DNA from: Mobula hypostoma
Taxonomy: Eukaryota
Direction of reading: 5' to 3'
Assembly: GCF_963921235.1 (NCBI RefSeq)
Contig: NC_086109.1
Span: forward strand, 12,586,001-12,650,000
DNA: 64,000 nt
Under the pieces are notes generated by a model. That model saw only the letters and a program-made list of their open reading frames with translations. It was not told the origin of the DNA and searched no databases. Positions 48,201 through 59,985 of the stretch are shown here, piece by piece. A program made the position numbers and the translations under genes. How positions within the stretch are numbered: position 1 is the stretch's first letter; every line of letters starts with the position of its first letter.

Positions 48201-49894
48201 ACAAACTGAGCTTATATTTAGTGGTGCTTAAGTATCCTGAAATGTGCATTTACAGTGAGATGCAAAGTGTTTAAGTCATTAATATCTTTAATCAGGAAAC
48301 CACCTGATTGTTGGCAAAATCCTCCTGGGCCATTGATGTCCTTCAAGAACAGAGCTTCACTATTCCAGCCCAGTTCAGTTTATGCGTGAGTCCAAACCCA
48401 CCTCTGTGAACTGCGCTATGAATCACCCAATAAAAAATTGAGTTCCATTATGTAGGCTATGAGAGGGTTAAAATAATGTGCAGTGTGCAATTAGTCATGT
48501 TGAGTAAGGTCCATGAAAACACGGCTTCTCTATGTACAGCATGAGACCCAAGGACACCAAATGCACTGAAGCAAGGATGCTAATGATGGACTAAAGGGTA
48601 CACTTTACAACTGGACAATAGTTTTTACTGAAACTGAGGTATAATTCTATTTTTTGATCCGCTTAGATGCAAATAAAGGTTATTAGCTCATACATGATGC
48701 ATTGTGATTGGTGACTGATACATGCAAATACAGAATTTTAAAGTTTGCAAGTTTTCAGTTGGTCAATATTTGTACAAAAAGGAAATTCTGAGATAAAGTT
48801 CAGTGACAGGCACTGAACTGGTCTTCTGCATCAGTATTGGTATATTATTGTCACATGTACCAAGATACAGTGAAAAGCTTGCCTTGCATACTGTTCATAC
48901 AGAGCAGATCATTGCACAGTGCATTGAGGTAGTACAAGGTGAAACAATAACAATGCAGAATATCGTGTAAAAACTTTTGAAGAAAACTGCAGTGCAGGTA
49001 AATGATGAAGTGCAACATCACAGCAAGGTAGACCACAAGAGTCCATCTTATGGCACAAGAGTTCCGCTGAAGAATCTAATAACAGCAAGATAGAAACAGT
49101 CCTAAAGCCTGGTGGTATGTGCTTTCAGGTTGTATCTTCTTCCAGGAGGAGTAAAGAGAATTTCCAGGGTGACTGGGGTATTTGGTTATGCTGGCTGCTT
49201 TACTGAGGTAGTGAGAAGTACAGACAGAGTCCAGAGAGGGGAATCTCCTTCCTGTGATATGCTGAACTATAGCCACAACTTTCTGCAGTCTCTCACAGTC
49301 GCGTGTTATGCTTTCAGACAGAATGCTTTTTCTGATGCATCAATTAAAAATTGGTTAAGGGTGGACAGGGACATACCAAATTTTGTTAATCTCCTGAGGA
49401 AGTCAACAACTTCCCATTGGCAATGAGGGTGAAAGGGTTAACTGGGTATTATTGATCTGGACAGCTGCAAACAGATAGAAAGGGAGAGGGACATGGTTTC
49501 TGATTTCAGGACTAACACAATCTATTCACAATGCAATGAGAAATATGATCCCATAAAGATGACTGTAAAAAGACCCAAATGGATTTTTAAAGAACAGAGC
49601 CGATTGTGAACTGGAGACATTATATTTGAGAGATTAATTCCATTGTTGCCTTGAGTAAACGCCGGAGTGCATTATAAGTGTTACTTTTTCCAGAAGAGAA
49701 TGGTCTTCACATTTTGTTTATATCACTTGCATAGACCTTGCAAATTCAATGTCCACAATTCATGCTGACAATATCAGATATATTTGCTGACAATCCATCT
49801 GGTGGCGATCCAGATACGAAGCAATTAACGGTCAACACGAGAATATAATTGAGTTACATTTTCTCTATTTACCCGTCTGCACATACAGTGTTTA

Positions 49895-51505
49895 AGACCA
49901 TAAGACATAGGAGCAGCAATAGACTATTCCAACAATCAAGTCTGCCCCGCCATTCCATCATGGCTGATTTAATATCTCTCTCAAACCCATTCTCCTGCCT
50001 TCTCCCTGTAACCTTTGATATCCTAATTAATTGAAAACCTGTCAATCTCTGCCTTAAATATACCTCCACAGCCAATTGTGGCAATGAATTCCACAGATTC
50101 ACTACCCTCCAGCTAACGAAATTCCGTCTCATTTCTGTTTCCGAAGGGATAGCTCTCAATTCTGAGGCTGTGCCCTCCGGCCTTAGACATCCCCCCGCTT
50201 TCAGAAGCATCCTCTCCGCATCCACTTTACTCAGTGAGTTGCAATACAATCCCCGCTCTTACCCCTAATCTCCAGTGAGTGTAGGCCCAGAGCTATCAAA
50301 TGCTCCTCAGATGTTAACTCTTTCATTCCAGGGATTATTCTTATCAACCTCCTCTGGACCCTCTCCAATGCCAGTGCATCTTATCTTAGATAAGGAGCTT
50401 AAAACTGCTCACAATACTCCAAGTGTGGTCTGACCAACGCCTTATAAAGCCTCAGCATTACATCCTTACTTTTGTGTTCTGATCCTCTTGAAATGGATGC
50501 TAGCATTGCATTTGCCTTCCTTACCACTGATGCAACCTGCAAGTTAACTCCCAAGAGTCTCTGCATCTCTGATTTTTGAATATTCTCCCCATGTAATAAA
50601 TAGTCCACACTTTCATTCCTTCTGCTGAAGTGCATGACCATGCACCTCCCCACATTATCTTCCATCTGCCACTTCTTTGCCCATTCCCCTAATCTGTCTA
50701 AGACCAATTGCAGACACCCTGCTTCCTCAACAGTACCTGTCCCTCCACCTATTTTTATATTGTCTGCAAATTTGGACACAAAACCACTGCATACAACATG
50801 AAAAGAAGTGGTCCCAACAAGAACCCCTGTGGCACACCACTAGTCACTAACAGTAAAACAAAAGAAGCCCTCTTTATTCCCACTCTATGCCTCCTGCCAG
50901 TCAGGGAACCCATGCTAGTACGTACCGTTTTGAAATATCCTGGGCTCCTATCTTCTTAAGCAGCCTCATGTGCGGCACCTTCTCAAAGACCCTCAGAAAT
51001 TCTAAGCAAACAACATCCACTGACTCTCCTTTGTCTATCCTGTTTGTTATTTCCTCAAAGAATTCCAACAGATTTGCCAGGCAAGATTCTCCTTTCAGAA
51101 AACTACGCTGACTTCAGCCTATATTATCATTACCGACAAGAACCCCAAAACCTCATCCTTAAAAATAGACTCCGACATCTTCCCAACCATTGATGTCAGG
51201 CTGACTGGCCTATAATTTCCTTTATTTTGACTCCTTCCTTTCTTAAAGAGAGGAGTGACATTTGCAATATTCCAGTCCTCGGGAACCATTCCAGAATCTA
51301 GTGATTCTTGAAAAATCATCAGTAATACCTTCACAATCTCTTCAGCTACCTATTTCACAACCCTGGCATGTAGTCCATCTGGTCCAGGTGACTTGTCTAC
51401 CTTCAGGCTGTTCAACTTTTCAAGAACCTTCTCCTTAGTAATAGCAATGACACTAACTTCTGCCCCCTGACACTCTTTCTGGCAATCTGCTAGTATCTTC
51501 CACAG
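49895..51505 (-). mobile_element. CR1 RT-to-3' fragment in intron 1 of gene A
   Basis: KSPGPDGLHARV, VPEDWNIANVTPLFKKG, KFADNIKIGG and LYKALVRPHLEYC. Confidence 0.9.
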
Positions 51506-51589
51506 TGAAACCATCTTTGCTGTGAAAGTGGTGCATGAGACCCAACCTAACACTGATTATTAGCATGTCTATCTCTGGCTGTCACTCAC

Positions 51590-51626
51590 CGGCTGGGGAA
51601 CAGACGAAAAGAATCAGAATCCACAT
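51590..51626 (-). CDS. Leader exon of gene A, MWILILFVCSPA
   Basis: 37 nt from ATG to G|GTGAGT; same size and phase as 6374-6410 and similar in sequence. Confidence 0.88.
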
Positions 51627-51739
51627 TGTTTTATACACGGACACCAGGCCAGCCGCTCAGTCTTTTGTCTGTTGCTCACCTGTTGGACTTCAAAGCTGAA
51701 CAACCAACAAATAGAAACGTTACATCGAAAATAAATGTG

Positions 51740-51757
51740 GCAAGGGAAGGAGGAAGT
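51740..51757 (-). promoter_or_regulatory. ETS/PU.1-like site upstream of the gene A leader
   Basis: GAGGAAGT at 51750-51757, about 125 bp 5' of ATG 51626. Confidence 0.5.
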
Positions 51758-51944
51758 TTGACCTTGAGACCACAACGAGCAGCTGAAGGATCAGAAATGC
51801 TGTTAGTTCTGTCCAGCAAATAATTCTAAACACAGTCCACACAGATAGAGCATTTTCTTTCCCTCCACCATCAAATGTCTAAACACTGTGACTCATTATT
51901 TTTCTGTTTTGTATAATTTATATTTTTTTGTAATTTAGAGTAGA

Positions 51945-52765
51945 GATGGGATAAAAATTGGAGGTGTTAACATCAACAATATAAGATATGCAGAGGATAC
52001 CACCCTAATAGCAAGTGCTGCAGAAGACCCACAAATCCTCCTAGACAAAATAGTACAAACAAGTGCAGATGTTGGTCTAACCATCAACTGTGAAAAAAAC
52101 AAATTTATGGTAATATCAAAACAGCAGGATACTCCCAACTGCTAATACAGTAACCAAGAGACTGAACAAAAAGACCAGCTTTAATTACCTCGGTAGCTTT
52201 ATATCACAAGATGCTAGCAGTAAAGTAGAAATAAAAATAAGAATTGCCATTGCCAAAACCAACTTCCAAAAAATGAAACCTATTTTTACCAACAGACACA
52301 TTTCTATGACAACAAGGCTTAGGCTACTAAAAGGTTACATCTGGTCAATCTTGCTGTGTGCTTCCGAAACATGGACTATGACACCAGAACTCCAAAGAAA
52401 CTTAGAAGCAACAGAAATGTGGTTTCTTAGAAGAATGCTGAAAATATCATATAGAGATAGGGTAACTAATGGGACAGTACTCCAATGTGCCCATACAAAA
52501 CAATCTTTAGTGAGAACATCAAATGAGAGGAAACTTAAATTCCTGGGCCATGTCATCAGAAAGGGAGAAATAGAATGCCTAACATTACAAGGCCGTATGC
52601 CTGGGAAACGCGGAACAGGAAGGCAAAGAAGAAAATATATGGACACTGTGAAAGACTAACAGATCTAAGTGTGTGAGATATCATTGATGCTGCGTGGGAT
52701 CGATTGATGTTGAAAGCCATGATCGCCCAAGCGTGTAACGCGCAAGGCACATGAATAGAGAGAGA
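51945..52765 (+). mobile_element. RTE-clade (BovB-like) LINE 3' RT fragment just upstream of the gene A promoter
   Basis: INNIRYAEDTTL, ETWTM...EMWFLRRMLKISY and KFLGHVIRK...GRQRRKYMD. Confidence 0.9.
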
Positions 52766-54619
52766 GTAATTTTATGTCATTGCACTGTACTGTTGCCACA
52801 TGAACAATAAACCTCACATCATCTAAGTCAGTGATAAAAACTTGGATTATGATTCTGGTACTGTTGTGTATTTAATATTTCAGTAATATTTGAGTAATGT
52901 TCTAAATATATTGTTTGATTAATCATTCTTTATTTATATAATTCATGATCATTATATGTAAAAATACGATATTTAAATACATTATGACTCTACCATGATA
53001 TACCTGTGCACCTCAGTTAAAGTAAAACATAGAGTTAGACTCACTTTCTCTGGGCTCCTCAACAGAATGAATGCTTTGAAGCTACAAAACATAATGGTGA
53101 ATTGAAAGGAGTTAACCTGTTAGCAGCTATGGGTATTTGCAACCAGAGGAAAGGGTTATTGCTAAGTATTTATTGGGGAAATAAAATCAAAATATGTTTA
53201 GAAATGTTGAGTGTAGGGGTAAAATTTCACATCCCACTCATGCAACTCCAAGCAGCTGGAGATTTCCATCCCTTTGCAAGGACTCCTCCTGCACTCTGCA
53301 ATGTAGATCACTTTCTCTCATTTGTAACCAATTCCCTTCATCTATAGTAGTAGCTCCATGGGTCACTAAACATCCATGGATTCCAGTCACATGACAACAT
53401 TGAGAAAAGCAACACCATCTGTGTCTATTTTCCATCTGTTTGTATTGCACTCTTTTTTGCACATTTATTATGGGTAATTTGTCACTAGGGTTGGGGCATG
53501 GAAGCAGTGAATGAGTATAGTTATGTATTCACGCTTTGTCTGAGTTCAGTTTAGTCTGGGTAGAACCAGTGATGCAGCTGGAATGGAATTATATTTTTTG
53601 TTGACCCCCTAAATATGCTTAAAAGCTAATTGGAGCATTTAAGTACAGTGAAATACTCTCAAATACACTCAGACTGCTTATTTCATTATATTCCTCATTT
53701 TAGTTCCATTATTTTTTATCGTTACAAGATTGTTTGTCTTTGCTCGTCTCTTAATAAAGCATCAAAAATACTTTCATCGACTCAGAACTTTGTTATTGTG
53801 GAGTGAATTATACAGTGTCAACCCCCATGCTTAGTCTTTGAGCAGTTTTGGTTTGTTTCCAAGTAGTTGCCACACCATCCATGAGGAGTTTCACACCCCA
53901 GTCACCGTTTCATGTTGCAACGAGCTTCAACTCACTCATTGATTTCATCACCCAACTTTTCTTGCTATCACTCACTGGCCTTTAAGTAATTGTGCTGAAG
54001 TTCAATGTATCACTGCAGCATTGTCCATGTATTCATCCCTCTGAACAGAGATGTTAAAATGTTGTGTATCTGAAAGAAGAACAGCAAATGATGGAACTTC
54101 CTCAGTGGGTCAGGCAGCCTCTGTGGAGAGAAAAATAAGACCAATGCTTCAGGTCAACCTCTGTCCTCAAAAATTGCTCTCATGAGATCTCATGGCCTGA
54201 AAGAATAGCTGCTTTTCTCTCCTAATGATCCTCAGCCAGCAACACAGTGAGAAAGGTCCAAGGACCTGACCTAATTCTCCCTGAATTAAGTTTGATGTGT
54301 TAAAAGAAAACCAAGACATAAACCATTCATTGAGAACAGCAATTAAGAAGCTTCTTTATATCTTGTTTGTTAATATATAAGCAAGAGCAATGGCCAAACT
54401 CTGAATCCTTAGCCCTGTGTCCAACAGAGTTTAAGACTTCCAAGCATTGAGAAAGGTGACACAATAATTGCGGAGGAGAATTCTGGAAACAAAGGTGTTG
54501 CCTTGAAGGATAACAACATTATTTTCAATTGTTCCACATTTCTTACGTTAATGGTTTAATAACCTGAAATATCTCCTTTGTACAGTCAATTACAGCTTTT
54601 CAGAACTGGACAAATAAGG

Positions 54620-55370
54620 AACATAAACAACAGGAATTCTGCAGATGCTGGAAATTCAAGCAACACACATCAAAGTTGCTGGTGAACGCAGCAGGCCGGG
54701 CAGCATCTGTAGGAAGAGGTGCAGTCAACGTTTCAGGTCTCGGCCTGAGACGTCGACTGCGCCTCTTCCTACAAGTAAGGAACATTATATTTTTCATCAC
54801 ATTTGTCTTTACTAGAGATGCTTCATTATTATGTCAAGTGTCAGGCTGTGAGGGTTTCTTTAATTACTTCTTTGCGACAAGACAATGGTGATAAACACAA
54901 GAGGTACTATGGATGCTGGAAATCTACAGCAATACAAACAATGTGCAGGAGGAGCTCAGGAGGTCAGGTAGCATCTATGGCTAGGAACAAACAGTGAGAC
55001 CCTTCATCAGGGCTGGAAAGGAAGGGGGAAGAAGTCAGAATAAGAAGGTGGGGGGACAGGAGGAAGAAGTACAAGGTGGCAGGTGATAGGTGAAACTGGC
55101 AGAGGGGGAGGGGGTGAAGTAAAGAGCTGTGAAGTTGACTGTTGAAAGAGATAAAGGGCTAGAGAAGGGGAAGTCTGATAGAAGAGGACAGAAGGCCATG
55201 GAAGAAAGTGAAGGGGGAGGAACACCAGAAGGAGGTGATGGGCAGGTAAGAAGAGAAGGTATGAGAGGGTAACAAGAATGGGGAAGGGTGAAGGAGAGAA
55301 GAAGTGGGTAATTACTGGAAGTTGGAGAAATTGATGTTCATACCATCAGGTTGGAGGCTACCCAGATAAT
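54620..55370. repeat. Penelope-associated repeats: palindromic mini-copy (54620-54775) and purine-rich long copy (54890-55370)
   Basis: 29-bp inverted arms at 54709-54737 and 54744-54772; gagacccttcatcagg motif. Confidence 0.6.
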
Positions 55371-55733
55371 GGTGATGTCATCAGACACATTGAAACTGAG
55401 AAAATGAATCTCAGGGTTGTACACAGTGGCATATAAATACCTTGATAATAAAATTTAGTTTGAATTTCATTTTTTTTTCATTTCATATGGCTGCACACAA
55501 TCAAATTCAGTCTGAAACGTGCAAAAGGACTCAATATCAATTTACTGTGAACAGTGTGTCAAAACTTCCCATCTGCGTCTGCATAGAAGTATGGTTTGAC
55601 AAGAGGTTTCAAAATGCTTGTTGTAAACATAGATTTCCATGCCCTGCCCTTCCTTCATGGATCAGTATATCTGAAAGTATTTATGGAAACCATTTTGAAG
55701 CATACATTGATTTCATTTATGTCTCAAAAAAAC

Positions 55734-55995
55734 CTTAGTTTCTGTTGTGCATCATGTGACTGAGACAATCTACAACCCCATTCCCCAGTAGAGATACAGA
55801 ATTAGTAGGGGAAAATGAGACAGATTTGTGGTTGAAACATTTACCTCCTGGTTCCTCTTTAATCTTAGAGGAAACTAGTCTCAACTAAATTTGACTGAGG
55901 AAGGGAGGGAGGGCAACCAGTGATCATCAGTTACAGACCTAATTACTAAGATGTGGCTGCATTTAAATGAGGAATTAGACACTACCGGCTGAAGT
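55734..55995 (-). pseudogene. Decayed stalk2/micro-exon/TM remnants of paralogous unit B
   Basis: Colinear with 35217-35610. The TM hydrophobic core and acceptor are deleted and the donor has degenerated to AAG|GTTTTT. Confidence 0.65.
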
Positions 55996-56817
55996 GGATT
56001 TGGAAAGGCTAGAAAAGGAATAGAGTAATGATGTCTATAGTGATAATGTAATATATTTGGAGAAAAGAAGACAACAATAAAATCCATGTGGATAAATGTG
56101 AAGGATAGCAACAGTTTCTGACTATTTATGGAAAAGGGGAAGTACATACGAAAATGACAGTCATTTAAAAAACCTGGAATATAATCATGTGTTATCCGAT
56201 AAAACTCAACACAGCTAGAACAGGGTCAGAGCTGTTGAGCTCAGTGATTTGTAATATATCAGTATGGAAAAAGTCCAAACAGGAAGAATATGCAAATTGG
56301 TTCAAGGCAATGGGAAAGAAAGCATACAGAATAAGAGGAATATCTAGTCAATAATGACCATAATATACTTAATCATGAAAATAGAGGAGAAAATAAATGA
56401 GAAGTGAAACAAATTAAAACATTAGAATGGGGTTTTTAACGCTTTTTATGCCATGGACCCCTATGGCAGTCCAGTGCAGCCTATGAACACCTTCCCAGAA
56501 TAATGTACAAAGTTGTATTTAAATATATAAAATAAAATACATTGGATTACAAAAGAAACCAATTACATCGAAATACAGTTATCAAAGTATTTAGAAAAAA
56601 AATGTGTGATATAGTAATATATATGCTCCTTACTAACACATTAAATAACAAGATTACACATTTGAGATACAGGCAAGCTAAAATTTATTTTTTAAGGCAT
56701 GTCAGTGTGAAGACTGTTGTTGCTTAGCTTGAATAAGAACATTCAACTGTGGGCTTGACAAAGCAACATGAATGTCATGTTGGGTATTTTTGATTTTTTT
56801 TGTTCTAATTGTGATAA

Positions 56818-57105
56818 GTTTCTTTCCAACTGTGATAAGACTGCTGAACGGATCCTGACCTGGATCTGGGCTGTACCCTCCAAATAACCCGGTTCTGCCT
56901 CTCGTTTTTTTTGCACTACCTTACTTTCCATTCTTCTATTTTCTATTTATGATTTATAATTTAAATTTTTAATATTTACTATTTTTTAACTATTTTTAAT
57001 ATTTAATATTTGTAATCCAGGGAGCGGGAAGCGCAGAATCAAATATCGCTGTGATGTTTGTATGTTCTAGTATCAATTGTTTGGCGACAATAAAGTATAA
57101 AGTAT
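56818..57105 (+). mobile_element. Rex1-like 3' end inserted in the hAT dimerisation domain
   Basis: Splits the GFST|LITIR codons of the transposase; (aaagtat)n tail. Confidence 0.8.
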
Positions 57106-57406
57106 ATGTGTTGAAAATCCTGATTCACAAAGATATGTTGTTGCAAATATACATAAAGCTTCCATAGCTTCCTTTATAAGGCAAGGATAGACTTCTCTCA
57201 AGATATACCAGAATTCTCCAAGACTTTTTGAATTAAACACCAATTGTAGTCAGTTTTTTTAGTGCTATGATCAACGAGTTCATCAATGACTAGATCAACA
57301 TCTTCCATTCAGTTTATATCAGGAAGAAAAGGCTTGTGGATCCACGATTCAACTCTAATGCCATCAAGATGGAACTAACTCTTGAAAGGGTTCTGAAGTT
57401 TTTCCA

Positions 57407-57541
57407 CAAAATACTCCGCAGATGCTGGGGTCAAAGCAACACTCACAACATGCTGAAGGAACTCTGCAGATTGGGCAGCATTGTTTCCACAGACTGATAG
57501 TTTCCACGGATGCTGCCCGACCTGCTGTGTTCCTCCAGCAT
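57407..57541. mobile_element. 135-bp fold-back mini-element with a 17-bp TSD
   Basis: GTTCTGAAGTTTTTCCA at 57390-57406 and 57542-57558; internal inverted arms of about 35 bp. Confidence 0.8.
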
Positions 57542-59539
57542 GTTCTGAAGTTTTTCCAGGTGTCTGCATTAGTCTTTCTTCAAAGAAAATGACAGAGAAT
57601 TTTGTATCACAACACCATCGTGGTGAAGGAAAGATGTTGGCCTCTACTCTCGCTTCCATATAGGCAGTTTAGCCAAGAAAGCTTGTAATTTTTTAGTTGC
57701 ATCAATAATGGTGACTTCAGGACCTTGAATTGAAAAAATGATGTCATTTTTATGGTTAAAAATATCTGCCAGGTAAACCTGTACATGGGTACAATCCTTT
57801 TTTTTCCCCCAAACTGTTCTGAGTGGATTTTCTTTTTCTTTCAGAAAAATTAAAACTTCTTAGTTTGAACAAGCACGTTAAGATTTGCCCTCTTGAATCC
57901 AGTGAACTTCTGTGTGAAAGAGAAGCACTTTATATTCTGTACCCATCTGTTTAAGTGTATTTCAAAAATGCGATTATTCAGAGACCTACTTCTAATATAG
58001 TTGATGACTTTTATGACTGTTGACAAAACTTCTTTCAGGGTTGTTGGAAGAGTCTTTGTTACCAGTGCATGTCTGTGTAAAAAACAATGAGCAGTGATGA
58101 CATCAGGAGCTTCCCTTTTCACTGAGGTAGCGAAAACAGATGTATTACCAGCATAGCAGGAGCTCCATCTGTGTAGAGTATGAAGCTTTTCTTTCTAGTC
58201 AAAGTTCTGTTAGACAAAAAAAAAACTTTTTACCATTTTGAAAATGTCGACAGCCTTTGTAGTTTTCAAAAGGAACACACAAAATAAGAATTTTTCTTTG
58301 ATGTTGTCAGCATGTGCATAACAAACACAAGCAAGGAGCTGACTACGCTGAGAGATGCCATGAAGCTACATACTGAACACCAAGTGGGAAAGCTGCCAAT
58401 TCCTTAAAGAGCTGCTTCAAAATGTTAAAAGAAATATCAACTATACTAGATCCGTCAGATTGTTTGATAAGTGAACCACTTCCAGATTTTTTTCCTCTGT
58501 TCCAGTCCACAGATCCGCTCAACCATTTGCAGTGCACAAAAGTTTACTATAGTGTGGGGCTTCTTTTCTTTGGCATTCCAATGAGCAACGTCATCGAGTT
58601 TTTGTGAAATGGCAAATCCAGGTTTTGGAAGTGTCCTAACTTTTTTTTTGCTTCGATATTTCATCTTAAATTGGGTCTGCAGAATAAACAAAGCAAAAAT
58701 AATATATTTGATCCCATTGACATTTTTTTTGAAATTCAATATTTTGTATGGTTTTAAGTAATTTGTTTGATAAATCTGCAATGAAATAAGTAATCTGCAT
58801 GTTAATTAAGTGAATTGTAAGATATCCAGGGAATTAGTATGCCAAGTACGTAAAATATGGGCGGTTTTACCATGTATCCAAAGTTTTAATTGTCTTTATA
58901 TACGTCGATAGACACAATGATTACAACAGTAGCTCAGGCCTCGCGTCCTTCACGAAATCTGGCTGTTGTTGCGCATGGATTCAGGTGGCTTTCTGCGCCT
59001 GTCTAGAAATAATGGTTTTCTTTTCTGATATCGTTCATAGTATTCTGGCAGTTATTTTTAAGGTGTGCAGTATTTTCAAGGAATAATAATACACCAATAC
59101 CAATTGAAAAACATACTGCGCGTGCACGTCATTGCTCTATAACATTGTACAAAAAATACGAAGAGAAAACCGAAATACCGATACTCTGCTACTCGCAGAA
59201 CTTACAGCACTGTGCATGACCTGTACCACTTCGCAATCTGTTCGCAATAATAAGATGTTACATCAAATAACACACCTCAACAGCTACCCAAACCATCGGC
59301 TGTGTTTCAACACGCCTGCTGTATTCTCAGTCCGCACATCTTTCCGTCTTGCAAAAAGCCGCGCAGCCCGACGAGAAGTTAAGTTGAACCGTTCAGTTTT
59401 GCTGAACTTTAACAAACAATAAAAGAACGACTCATCTCCTTCTGCGCAAGCGCTTGTAGAGAGGGAAGGTGATGGAGAGCAAAGATGATGTCTGGGTCAC
59501 AAATGTGAGAACACGCGACTTCACCCTTTGGTGGCTGAA

Positions 59540-59985
59540 CAATTACTGGGCACAGGGCTGCCCGACAATGGACAGCTACGCCGCAAGAGCGTCTGCAGAC
59601 AGGAAGACCGCGATCACTTTCAGTCTAGCGGCGGGTCTCCTAATCATCGTAATTTCAAAGTAGTGATGAGCGTGATGTGTTCGACGATAACGGAAACAGA
59701 AGCAGAGGGGGAACTAGCATTCTTGGATGTACCTGTCAGTAGAAACACAGATCACACTTTGGAAACTTCCGTTTCTCGTACCGATCAGATCCTAAACGAT
59801 CACAGTAACCATCCAAATGCCGACAGGAAGAGCTGATTCACAGCGTTTTTCCGAAGAGCAAGGAGAAACTGCAGAACGGCGGAAATAAACGATAAGAGAG
59901 GAGAAACATCTCCTTAAGGTACAGTATTCGCACGAAACGAATACCCACGGAAATTCATAAGACGCCCCAACCAAAAAAAAAGCAG
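59540..59985 (+). mobile_element. Penelope-like element RT/thumb remnant
   Basis: TETEAEGELAFLDV...TDQILNDHSNHP...FFRRA...RNEYPRKFI. Confidence 0.75.

Larger units (their letters stand above)
35217..51626 (-). pseudogene. Activating-type paralogue 'gene A': leader-V3-C2-stalk(s)-TM(Arg), tailless; V exon carries a nonsense codon
   Basis: Exons 51626-51590, 44672/44666-44379, 41149-40832, 36881-36791, (35603-35538), (35397-35377) and 35307-35217 chain in frame. The only internal stop is TGA 44391-44389. A V-skipped isoform is open. Confidence 0.75.
56428..59450 (-). mobile_element. hAT transposon (Buster/Charlie, ZBED-like transposase), decayed and near full length, with two nested inserts
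   Basis: AKEKKPHTI, IVDISFNILKQ, HCFLHRHAL and FATTYLCESGFS in order on the - strand; TIR-like end at 56428. The 5' end was not located, so the 59450 boundary is approximate. Confidence 0.85.

Noticed and set aside
56809-56838. TGTGATAAG direct repeat as a TSD of the Rex1 insert
   Set aside because: Both copies lie at the 5' junction, one from the hAT and one from the LINE's own coding sequence; the repeat does not flank the insert.
58343-58781. Apparent novel spliced gene on the - strand (ORFs 58343-58537 and 58455-58781)
   Set aside because: The frames join into the N-terminal half of the hAT transposase (KEKKPHTI, IVDISFNILKQ).
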